46,947 nucleotides of DNA, from the NCBI RefSeq assembly GCF_000315625.1, contig NW_005434530.1:1-46947 (forward strand), given 5' to 3'. The notes below the pieces were generated by a model, which was given only the letters and a program-made list of their open reading frames with translations, was not told where the DNA came from and searched no databases. The translations under genes and the position numbers were made by a program. The stretch is from Guillardia theta CCMP2712 (taxonomy: Eukaryota > Protista > Cryptophyta). This document shows, piece by piece, positions 1 to 14,215 of this stretch. How positions within the stretch are numbered: position 1 is the stretch's first letter; each line of letters begins with the position of its first letter.

Positions 1-1491
1 CCAGTTCTCCTTGATCATCTTCCTTAATTTGTTCTCGTCGCGGGCCGAGACCCTTACCTCTTGTAGTAGCACAACCCCAGGTTGGAAGGACTGGATTAAG
101 TATGCGAGGATGTGCTTGAGAACAAAGTGATTGCAACCATTCACATTTTGTGAGATGAGGAAACCTGGGTCTGAGCTTTTTCGATGCATCTGCGCCCAAT
201 CATTGCCCCTTTGCTCCTCCTGCCTTTCCCCCCTCCGCTCCTTCCCTCTCTGGGAGGTTTTCTCTCCTGATTGTGCATTCTCCTCCATTTCCTCACCCAG
301 ATGTCTTGGTTGGGGCTTCGTGGGGGTCGCTTGCCGCTGGATTGCGATCGGCTGTACCTCCTCCTCAAGCTTTGTCGTCGAGGTCATCAGCCGCTGGATT
401 GCGTGTGGCTGTACCTCCTCCTCAAGCTTTGTCGTCGAGGTCATCAGCCGCTGGATTGCGTGTGGCTGTACCTCCTCCTCAAGCTTTGTCGTCGAGGTCA
501 TCAGCCGCTGGATTGCGTTCGGCTGTACCTCCTCCTCCGGCTTTGTCGTCGATGTCAAGTTCTCTTGCACCCTCGCCTCCTTCGGCAGAGATCGCAGAAT
601 TACCTGGGCCGTTTCCTCCATCTTCTCCAGATGGGTGAGAGCTTCGATCAGTTGTGTTCTGGTTTGCATCAGCCATTCTTGCGGAGGTCTTAGTCTTGTC
701 CTCGTTTCCATCGTTGCTAGCCAGTCTTGATTTGTCTCGCAGAGCAGTAGGGTGTGAAGGATAGCGAACACTCCGCAGTTGAAGTTATCTTCCTGTTGGA
801 AGGCTGAGCACCACTTTACCTGCCATGGGGCGTTGGTCTGATCGTCAAAGATGTGTTCGATCACTCCGATTGTCAGCTCAGCCATTTCTCTTGCTCCGTG
901 CTCCCCCGTTGTTGCAAGATTCCTCGCTCCCTCGATCCCTCGTGGGTCCCTCGTTGTGCTCGTTCTGTCCTCGCAGAGAGGGTCCAATATGTACGCGCAT
1001 CGCCGATCATATCTTAATGCAATTAGAATCCAGTGGTTGCTGTGGATGATAGTTGGAAACAGGAAGGTGTGTTGCTCATCTCTCAAGCTGCTGAGGTGAA
1101 ATCTGTTCCCGACTCTCAAGCGGGACGCCTCGTCTCGCAGACTGGATATTACCCTTGGCAAGAAGATGATGTTCCGCGTTTGCTGGTCCTCGTGGGCTCT
1201 CCCTTTGCGTACCATGTGTATTGCTCGTCCTCCTTGAAGAGCCTTGCTCATCTCATTGAGAGTAACTTCGATCATGTTCTCGCATAAAAATCCGCTTACT
1301 CCTCGATTGTTCAGGGCAGTGATGCCAAATTCCTTGTCGCCTCGTTTGTCTGACCATGGGATCTCCTCGATCCAATCAAAAAAATACAGTGTTCTATCTA
1401 CATGTTGCGTTTCCTTTGAAACCGTTTCCATCTCCCCCCCTTGCCTACTCCCGGCACTCCCCCCTTCCTCCTCCCTTCCTCCTCCTGTCAT
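1..1491 (-). CDS. Retrotransposon ORF2 (partial, open at window edge): Ulp1/C48-like cysteine protease + repeat linker + APE endonuclease N-terminus
   Basis: Manual translation from the ATG at 1491 gives 497 codons with no stop. Motifs: FLFPTIIHSNHWILI (His at 1035-1033), CAYILDPL (Asp at 984-982), FQQEDNFNCGVFA (Cys at 777-775), then 19-aa repeats, then GFLISQNVNGCNH...FQPGVVLLQEVRV. Confidence 0.88.
   Translation of the reverse strand, partial: MTGGGREEEGGSAGSRQGGEMETVSKETQHVDRTLYFFDWIEEIPWSDKRGDKEFGITALNNRGVSGFLCENMIEVTLNEMSKALQGGRAIHMVRKGRAHEDQQTRNIIFLPRVISSLRDEASRLRVGNRFHLSSLRDEQHTFLFPTIIHSNHWILIALRYDRRCAYILDPLCEDRTSTTRDPRGIEGARNLATTGEHGAREMAELTIGVIEHIFDDQTNAPWQVKWCSAFQQEDNFNCGVFAILHTLLLCETNQDWLATMETRTRLRPPQEWLMQTRTQLIEALTHLEKMEETAQVILRSLPKEARVQENLTSTTKPEEEVQPNAIQRLMTSTTKLEEEVQPHAIQRLMTSTTKLEEEVQPHAIQRLMTSTTKLEEEVQPIAIQRQATPTKPQPRHLGEEMEENAQSGEKTSQRGKERRGERQEEQRGNDWAQMHRKSSDPGFLISQNVNGCNHFVLKHILAYLIQSFQPGVVLLQEVRVSARDENKLRKMIKENW
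333..552. repeat. 57-bp coding tandem repeat, about 3.9 copies (19 aa, EEEVQPHAIQRLMTSTTKL)
   Basis: Unit gccgctggattgcg..ggctgtacctcctcctcaagctttgtcgtcgaggtcatca starts at 333, 390, 447 and 504, in frame within ORF2. Confidence 0.95.
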
Positions 1492-1500
1492 GATTCGGTT

Positions 1501-3606
1501 TTAGAGTTGAGAGGCAACCTCTCCCTCTTGGTTGCCACTCTCCTCTTCCATCTCCAGTCCCATCTCCTCCTCTGCCTTGCTCAAGAGAAACTCAATTTCG
1601 TCTCCCGAGCCAACGCTGCCTTGGTAGGTTAGCGTAGCTGTGAGAACTAATTTATTCAGGGCAAGAAACAACAGGTCAGTTCGAAATTCTTTTTGTTGTT
1701 TCTCCCCTCCTCTCCCTGTTGCTTTTGCAAAGGCTCCCTGGCGTCTTCTTGATGCTACCGTCTCCCACGCATGCTGCTCGCTTACTCTTGCAATCTTACT
1801 CTTCAAAACTTGCATGTCGTCGTCCTGGGTTGCCGAGGATGATTCCGCCCATTCCTTCAGTGTCGGAAAACATGCATTTCCAGGAGATGACAAGCTGTCG
1901 TACAGGCCGACGATGGCTCCATCGAGCCTGAGTTTGCAAGCTTGGTTTTCTGCACTCTGTCCCTGGTTGACAGTCTCCTCTAGAACTTTGTAGATGTCTT
2001 CGAGGACCACGTTTGCCTCTGGTTCTGGGATGTTGATCTCATTCTCGATCCGTTCGAGATCTACCTGAGCCCAAAGAGGCTCTGTAGGGGGTTCTGTAGC
2101 GATCGCTTCCCAGATGTTGGCACTGCCTGGCTCTAGGAGAAGAAGTTTCCCTGCCCTGTCCCATGGCGCAAAGGACCTGAGGATGTCAATCGCCGTTTCT
2201 TTTTCTGAGAAGCTGAGCACTAGATGTTCACCGTTCCAGCTGTTGGTCTCGACATCTTCTTTCGAGGAGATCTTGACGATGTGCTCAGCCGCTGACTCCT
2301 TCCAGCTCGCCACGATCCGTCTCAGTCCTCGAATTGTCATGCCCATAGAGAGATCCTCCCCGTCGCAGATCTGTTCAGCTTCCTCTCTGGTGAACCTTCC
2401 CTTCTGTGCTTTACTCTTGACCAGTACCTCATAGGTCACTCTTCGTGGTACTGCTCCTAGCGCGTCGGGCAAGAAGTCCAACCTAATTGGATGCTGTCTC
2501 GTTACCCTGGTGATTGCACTAACCTGAGTAGTGAACCATTTGAGGATCTTTTCATCTTCCGACATCAGTCCGAGGTGTATGCTTCCTCCATTCCTGTCGT
2601 CTCCCTCAAACATCCGTAGCGTGGTGCTCAGGACGTCCGTCGAAGAGCATCTCGCAATCCAATCGATCTCTCTTCCTTGTCGTATCTCGTCCACTCCGGC
2701 TGCTGCGAAAGTGCGTTTGTTGGGCTGACCTTGAGGTCTCCTCTTCGTCTTGACCTCTAGCTGCATGCCCGCTTCCGGCTGCACCTCCAACACAGCTATT
2801 CCTTGTTGCAGCAGGTGTTGACGATAGATCTCCGTAATCCCGGCTGAGTTCATGCCATTCATCTTGAGGAGGTGAGAGAACTCAGCTAGGGCCCCCGCCT
2901 TGCCAGAGTGCTTATCCTTCTGTGGCCTTATCTTGAAGGAGCAAGGATGCTTCGAATGCGCGTTCACCGCGCGGATCATCTTTCCGTCGATCCTGAAGTT
3001 CGTCTGTCCTTTCCACAGCAGTTCTGCTGCGTCGTTCAATTGGAGTGTTGCCACGACTGGGATTTCATCCACTGTCGGAATCAAATCTTTCTTGATCGGG
3101 GCTCTCCACGAGATGCATTTCTTGCCCTGCTCCTCGTGCACCAAGAGTCCTTGATCCTTCAACTTCTCACACAGTACCTCAACTTGTTTTATGTACTGGG
3201 TAGGAACTCCGAGGATAGCCATGGTAATCAGTTTACCACTCTCGGGGGACGCTCCTGAAGCATCGATGCAGGCACTCTTGTCTAGTACCTCCTGTTTGTC
3301 TGCGTTCCATGCAGAGACATACCACGACTGTCCTTCTTCCCCCCATTCTTTGATGGCATCCTCCTGGCTCCTGACTTCAGCATGTTTGCAGGTCTGTCGA
3401 ATGGCTTCGGCTAAGGCGTTCATCGAGACTTCCTTGGACTGCAAGGCTCTGCCTGTCCTGCTCTGAGGGTACTGCCTGACGAAGTGTTCCAATCTTCGGA
3501 TCAGCTCTCCTAGCGAAGGTGCTGAAGGCGTCGTGTCCTTGTTTAGGAACTGGGAAACTCGGACGCGAGCAATCTGTTTCCTTTCCTCTTTGGATAGATA
3601 CCACAT
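1501..3606 (-). CDS. Retrotransposon ORF1 (gag-like position), 701 aa from the first ATG; possible degenerate RRM
   Basis: Long intronless ORF directly upstream of ORF2 and in the same frame. ITMAILGVPTQY...GQTNFRIDGKMIRAV is loosely RRM-like. No CCHC knuckle seen. Confidence 0.75.
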   Translation of the reverse strand: MWYLSKEERKQIARVRVSQFLNKDTTPSAPSLGELIRRLEHFVRQYPQSRTGRALQSKEVSMNALAEAIRQTCKHAEVRSQEDAIKEWGEEGQSWYVSAWNADKQEVLDKSACIDASGASPESGKLITMAILGVPTQYIKQVEVLCEKLKDQGLLVHEEQGKKCISWRAPIKKDLIPTVDEIPVVATLQLNDAAELLWKGQTNFRIDGKMIRAVNAHSKHPCSFKIRPQKDKHSGKAGALAEFSHLLKMNGMNSAGITEIYRQHLLQQGIAVLEVQPEAGMQLEVKTKRRPQGQPNKRTFAAAGVDEIRQGREIDWIARCSSTDVLSTTLRMFEGDDRNGGSIHLGLMSEDEKILKWFTTQVSAITRVTRQHPIRLDFLPDALGAVPRRVTYEVLVKSKAQKGRFTREEAEQICDGEDLSMGMTIRGLRRIVASWKESAAEHIVKISSKEDVETNSWNGEHLVLSFSEKETAIDILRSFAPWDRAGKLLLLEPGSANIWEAIATEPPTEPLWAQVDLERIENEINIPEPEANVVLEDIYKVLEETVNQGQSAENQACKLRLDGAIVGLYDSLSSPGNACFPTLKEWAESSSATQDDDMQVLKSKIARVSEQHAWETVASRRRQGAFAKATGRGGEKQQKEFRTDLLFLALNKLVLTATLTYQGSVGSGDEIEFLLSKAEEEMGLEMEEESGNQEGEVASQL

Positions 3607-3710
3607 GATCAAACAACCGTTTCTGCACAGAAAAATATCCTGTTCAGCACCCTAGCTCGCAGGGATCCCCTCAAACTGCAGGGGAGGAGAGCATGTCTGT
3701 TACTCCAGCG

Positions 3711-3803
3711 CTAAACCCTAAACCCTAAACCCTAAACCCTAAACCCTAAACCCTAAACCCTAAACCCCAAACCCTAAACCCCAAATCCTAAACCCTAAAC
3801 CCT
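3711..3803. repeat. Telomeric repeat array (CCCTAAA)n / (TTTAGGG)n, about 13 units
   Basis: Perfect ctaaaccc units from 3711, with variant units (CCCCAAA, TCCTAAA) at the right end. The C-rich strand is on +, the polarity of a left chromosome end. Confidence 0.97.
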
Positions 3804-5259
3804 TACGAGATCCCTGTTAGACTAGAATAGAGCAAGGTGATAACAAGCCATGCAACCTACCTAGCATTCTAATAAACTCAACTATTACTACTAGGGTTTA
3901 GCCTACCTTAGGGTAAGTCTAAAGTATATGTACAGCAGCAGATCCATTAAATTACCTTGTCACTAAAAAATTCCAAAAGGGGATTTGAACGAAATGGGCT
4001 ACTAAACACTGCCTATTGTCGAAACAAGGTTTGCTCGTCCCCGTCTCCTTGAAAAGATGATATGTTGTAATTCAGCCCGGCGCTGCATGCCATCGGATGA
4101 TCATCTGATTGCTGCTCAGTGCCGAGTGAAGAATAAAAAAAAAACGCTCAGTGAAAGCGATGTCGGAAATAAAGCTGTAAAGGAAAAAAATTGTTTTTTT
4201 TCATGTACATGGTCGGGTGGCAACGTGTCTAGCGCAAGAGAACCGACCCCCTGAGCGCCAGAGGGGGTAGGGTAGTTCAAACATTTTGAATTGTACCAGG
4301 GGGGTAGAGGTGATATGACGGGGTGATGTCTTGACAACAGAGATGGGGTAGGTCAGCATTTGTTTGTTTGGGTGGTAGGGGTGGTCGAATCGATCTGGCG
4401 GATCGTCTCGTGCTGCATAGCGGCCACAGACGACCACGACGACGGAGAACGATGAAGAGAAGAGAAGAGAAGACATGTAGACCATTTGCGTGCCCCATGC
4501 TTGACGAACACAAACTTGATGCTAGCTAGAATGAGTTGTGAGCTTCAAAGAGAGGATACAACAAGAATGCAAAGTACCGAGTATTGCGCTAATGGTTGGA
4601 ATGAAGACTTTGTGAAGCATCAAAGAATACGTTTATCCAAGAAGAAATATTCCTAAAATCAATTTCGTAGATCAAAGATAGATAGAGCATGGTCTAAATA
4701 CAGAAACATGAGATGAGCAGGCTCTGAAGATGGTGTCGTATGCCTAACCAGGATCCATCTGGAACAAACGAAGAGACAGAGCGAGATCATACATGACTAC
4801 TGACAATCTGTCGCAAAGAAAGTAGAAGGAGAATTCTTACAGGATGACGATAAGAAGGAGCTAGCGACATGGATTGAACACTGTCTGTGCGAACATGTAA
4901 CGTGTAGCGACGTTTCAAGAGGATGAGGCTGATGAGTAGTGCATCGTATATGCATGAGTGACATTGATTTCTGCAAAATGATGACTTCCTCTTCAAATTT
5001 TCACATTTTGATGCTTGCCTTTCTTGTTTCATATCGCCTTGAGCTAAAAGCGTCTGCCTGACGAAAAGATAGCGTTGTAAAACTTATCTCTTAAGGTTTC
5101 CCGTGCTTGCTACAAACAAGTTGACCTCTTTTCTTGTTGCAGAGCGCCTTCAGCTTTGTTCAAAGCCACTTGCCAGCATTTCTCTGGTGTTGTTTCCTCT
5201 CCTCTGATTGTTTAACTCACCTACTTAACAGGTTTGAAACCTGTTGAAAGATTAGAGGC

Positions 5260-7946
5260 ATGTCTACTCCAGGTCAGAACTCTGCTGTTGTCAAGGCAGT
5301 CTTGTCTGGCGATACTCTCATCGTCATGGGAGCTCCTCAAAACGGCCCCCCCCCTGAGAAGCAGATCACTCTATCCGGCATCATTGCTCCTCGCCTCGGC
5401 CGTCGTGACGGACAGTCGAAGGACGAGCCCTTTGCCTGGCCAGCTCGCGAGTTTCTCAGGAAAGCTTGTGTAGGGAAGGGAGTGACGTTTGAGCTCGAAG
5501 AATTCGTCGCCAGCATCGGCAAATCCTTTGGGCGCGTCTACTTGAATGGTCAGGACGTTGGAGCAATGATCGTGTCAGCTGGCTGGGCCAAAGTTAAGCC
5601 GGCGGTGGGAAACAACGTAGCCAAGAATGCCTATATCGATGAGTTGCTGCAGCTTGAGCAGGCAGCACAGGCCCAAAGCCTTGGCATGTGGAGCAAGGAG
5701 ACAAACGCATCCGCTCTCTCAATCCGAAACATCTTGGTTCCTGGCGATGGAGGATACGACGCTAAGGATGTTCTCGAGGCGTTCAAAGGCCAGTCGATTC
5801 CTCTTGTGATCGAGCAGTTCCGTGACGGTGCGACTCTGCGAGGCTACTTGCTCCCTTCCTTCCACTGGGTCACGATCTTCCTGTCTGGCATCTCCTGCCC
5901 CGGATTCAAGCGTGCTGAAGATCCGAGCTTGCCCGACACTGCAGAGCCATTTGCGATGGAGGCAAAGTACTTCGTGGAGAGCCGTCTGCTCAATCGAGAT
6001 GTGCACGTGATGCTGGAGGGTGTGGACAAGTACAACAACTTTTACGGGACTGTGAAGCACCCAGCCGGTAACATCAGCGAGGAGCTGCTCAAAGTTGGTC
6101 TTTCCAAGGTGGTCGACTGGAGTGCAAAGTTCACTCAGGATCCTGAGCTGTTGTACAAAGCCGAGAGAATCGCTAAGGAGAAGAGGCTGAGGATGTGGCA
6201 GAACTATGTTGCGCCTGCTCGCAGTGCCACGATTGCATCTGCTGCCGAGTTTGTTGGCAAAGTCTCTGAGGTCATCTCGGGTGACTTCCTCGTCATCAAG
6301 GACTTTGCTGTGCCGCCCATGGAGCATCGCGTTGCTCTATCAAGCATCCGCGCGCCGAAGATAGGAAGAAGAGACGAGAAGGACGAGCCCTGGGCCTTCG
6401 AGGCCAGGGAGTTTCTTCGCACGAGGCTTATTGGGAGGAAGGTGACTGTCGGCATCGACTACATCCGACAGCTCCCCAACTCCACTGCAGAGACTGAACG
6501 GGTCTTCGCCTCCGTGCTGGAAGGGAACAACAACGTAGCCGTTGCCCTCGTGGCAAACGGGTTGGCCTCTGTTATGAAGCATCGGCAGGATGACCAGGAC
6601 CGTTCGCTGTACTACGACGATTTGATCCAAGCGGAAGCCGCTGCTACTAGAGACAAGAAAGGCATTCACTCCGACAAGCCTCCTGCTCCCCGCCATGTGA
6701 ACGACATTTCCACTCAGGCAGCGCTTGCTCAGGCGAAGCAGATGTTTACTTTCCTTCAACGAGCTGGAAGACTCCAAGGAACTGTCCAGCACGTTGTCAA
6801 CGGAGCTCGAGTCAAGGTGTACATCCCGAAGCAAAGCTGCATCATCTCTCTTGCGCTTGCTGGCGTCAAGTGCCCATCCACAGGGAGAAAGGAAGGAGAT
6901 CAAGGAGAACCTTACGGTGAGGAAGCGCTTCAGTTTACCAAGGAGAGGTGCCTGCAGCATGACGTCGAGGTCGAGGTCCTTGCGCAGGACAAGATCGGCA
7001 CAATGATCGGCAAGGTCTACCTGTACAAGCGCGACCTTTCGGCGCTTCTGCTGCAGGAGGGCCTTGCAAGGACGACAGGCAGAGATCTCACTAACGAGAT
7101 GGAGCAAGCAGAGCTGAGCGCTCAGCAGGCTAGGCTGAGAACATGGGAGAGGTACGACGCCGAGTTGGAGGCTGCACGTGCCGCAGAGGCAGCGGCAGAG
7201 GTGGTGGAGCATGCGTCTCAAGAGATGAGCATGGTGACTGTGGTCGAGATGCTGAGCCCGTCAGTTTCTACGTGCATGCTGCTGGAGTTGACAAGCAGAT
7301 CGAGCTCCTGACCGATCGCCTTGCCAACGCCAAGCTTGACGGCAGCAAGTCTGATTTTAGTCCCAAGGTCGGCGAGGCCTGCGTGGCGAAGTTCTCGGCA
7401 GACAACCAGTGGTACCGTGCGCAGGTGGAGGCACGCAAAGCCGACTCGTTCCTCGTCCTCTTCCGTGACTTTGGCAATCGAGAGGAGGTCAAGCTCAAGG
7501 ACTTGCGGCCCATCCCTTCCTCCGTCCCCTCCTTCCAGCAGATCCCCCCACAGGCGGTCGAGTACAAGCTGGCGTATGTCAAAGTCCCGTCGGCAGATGA
7601 AGAGAACATGGCTGAGGCCACTGGCTTCATGCAGAACCTGCTGGGGGCCTGCGAGGGTGTGTTGAGCGCTAAGACTGAGTTCTTCGAACGATCCGGTCGC
7701 CATCACGTGACCCTCGTCGACAACTCGACGGGTGAGAACGTTGCAGCACTTCTCCTCCGCAACGGACTCGCCAAGCTTGAGAGGAGGCGACAGGACACGC
7801 CAGGGCTCAAGGAAGAGCAGGAGCGCGCGAGAAACGCGCATCTCGGCATCTGGCGATACGGTGACGCTGTGGACTCAGACGAGGACGACCGATCGTTTGC
7901 TCAGGACGTGGCGCAGGCGCGAGCCAAGGTGAAAGGAGGCAAATGA
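5260..7946 (+). CDS. SND1: Staphylococcal nuclease and Tudor domain-containing protein (Tudor-SN/p100); frameshift near 7257-7261
   Basis: Four SNase repeats (VKAVLSGDTL, DEPFAWPAREFLRK, EPFAMEAKYFVESRLLNRDV, DEPWAFEAREFLRTRLIGRKV) in ORF 5260-7311. The Tudor domain (AKFSADNQWYRAQV, FRDFGNRE) and C-terminal EQERARNAHLGIWRYGD lie in the -1 frame (ORF 7143-7946). Confidence 0.95.
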
Positions 7947-8199
7947 GCTGACCTGAGCGAGAGAGAGGGTCAAGGAAGCGCGAGCTCTGCTTCCTGCTGC
8001 TTCTGAATCTTCAAGAGAAGAGGAGGGGGAAGGGGGGAGGCCTGGGATGAAAGACGATTTACATGGCTGTGTACAGTTGTGAAGATGAGTAAATAATGCC
8101 CTGGGCTACCCTCCTCTCCTTCTCCAGCTCTCCAGCTACCTCGCAATCCTGTAGTTGCCCTTCTGTCTTTCACCTGTGCTCCAACTCAACCTTCTGCCC

Positions 8200-13138
<4,939 letters not shown>

Positions 13139-13599
13139 TCTAAAGGATTATAGCAACAAAGCCAGCAATGATAACAACGACGCCAGCAGATCAACCAGGC
13201 GTTGGTTGAGTGACGTGGAAGCTTTCAAAACTTCTCGCACACAAACTTCGTTGAATCAGTTTGCACGTGTTCAGTCTATGTTGCCCTGAAACACACAATG
13301 GCAAACAAATCTAGTGACTGTATCGTAGCGATCTTTGCATCATGCTCACTGAATCCTCCTCCTCCTCCTCCTCCGCTTGACTCCAACTCCCTGACTGAGT
13401 TGTGACTTGAATCTCGATTCAGGCAAATTCCCACGAGGAACGGCTCGCATGCTAAAGCCAGTCTTGCAAAAGCTTCTTCGTGCTGCGAGCTTGAGGGGCA
13501 CGGAAATAATTTTCCTTCTCGTCCGCTCTTGTCATCTTCTCTCTCTCCTCTTCCTTCTGCTTCCAATTCCTCTACAGCATTATCTCTGCGGGCATAGCG

Positions 13600-14215
13600 C
13601 AAGGCCACGTGACTAGGTCACGTGACAACAATTTCAGCCTACAGGCCCCGGGGCGGGCCGGGCGGCGCAGTGCGGCACGGCACCCGGCAGGCTGGCCGGG
13701 CCCGGTCCGACCGTCGACGCCTGAGGACCCGGGGCCGCTTAGTTGCCAGGCCGGGCGTCGCGCAGGACGGTCCGAACTCCGGCGGAACTCGGAACCGTAC
13801 TACCGCCGCCGCCGGTACCGTAGGAGGCTGGCACGCGGCGAGCCGCGCCCGGACTCCGGGACTCGTGGACAGAAAGGGCCAAGTTCCGAGTATCAGCAGT
13901 GAATCATGCCTGGACTCCGGGGGACTGCACACCGCCGGTCACGGACTCGGGAGGCCCGCGCCTTAGCAAAACGGCTAGGAAGGTGAGAGTCTCCTCTTCC
14001 GGGGCGGCCCGGGCGCGCCGGGCCGCTCCGAGGCTGTACCTTCAGTCACATTGCCGCCTTGAAACCGTGCGTAAGGGTCGTCTGCAGTGACGTGCCACCG
14101 ACGTTTTGCCGCGCACTGCGGCAGTGCCAAGTTCAAGTAACTCGCCCCGCGGCCCGGCCGGCGCGGGCCGGGGCGGCCTGCCCCGGTGGGCGGGCCGGGC
14201 CGGGGTGAGTGAGGC
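13600..14215. other. Non-coding GC-rich, short-palindrome-rich island 1, followed by an AT tract and a G-rich tract (about 14390-14780)
   Basis: Dense CCGG/GGCC/CGCG and GACTC/CAGTG words, no credible ORF, abrupt switch to an AT-rich stretch at about 14216. Confidence 0.7.

Larger units (their letters stand above)
1..3710 (-). mobile_element. Non-LTR (LINE-like) retrotransposon, 5' portion, joined to telomeric repeats; continues beyond the left window edge
   Basis: About 104-nt 5'UTR (3607-3710), a long ORF1, then ORF2 with APE endonuclease N-terminal motifs (LISQNVNG, VVLLQEV). Both ORFs are intronless in an intron-rich genome. The 5' end directly abuts (TTTAGGG)n. The RT domain is not visible and would lie left of position 1. 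Confidence 0.85.

Noticed and set aside
333-552. CRISPR-like array
   Set aside because: Contiguous repeats without unique spacers, in frame within a eukaryotic ORF.
131-730. Plus-strand ORFs of 121-199 aa
   Set aside because: Antisense shadows of retrotransposon ORF2 and its repeat.
3607-3710. Self-cleaving ribozyme (HDV-like or hammerhead) in the element's 5'UTR
   Set aside because: Hairpins exist (TCCCCT/AGGGGA, CCCT/AGGG, ACAGGA/TTCTGT) and CUGAA/GAAAC words occur, but I could not fit the canonical HDV P1-P3/L3 or the hammerhead CUGANGA core. An Infernal or RNArobo search would be needed.
4500-5032. Possible small minus-strand gene divergent from SND1
   Set aside because: Only short ORFs with no recognisable motif and no consistent exon chain.
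13276-13608. 110-aa minus-strand ORF as a separate gene or first PI4K exon
   Set aside because: Non-ATG start and no verifiable splice connection; left unassigned.
13609-14090. Arg/Pro/Gly-rich ORFs in GC islands (also 18589-19016 and 27935-28234)
   Set aside because: Expected by chance in very GC-rich DNA; low-complexity translations with no motifs.
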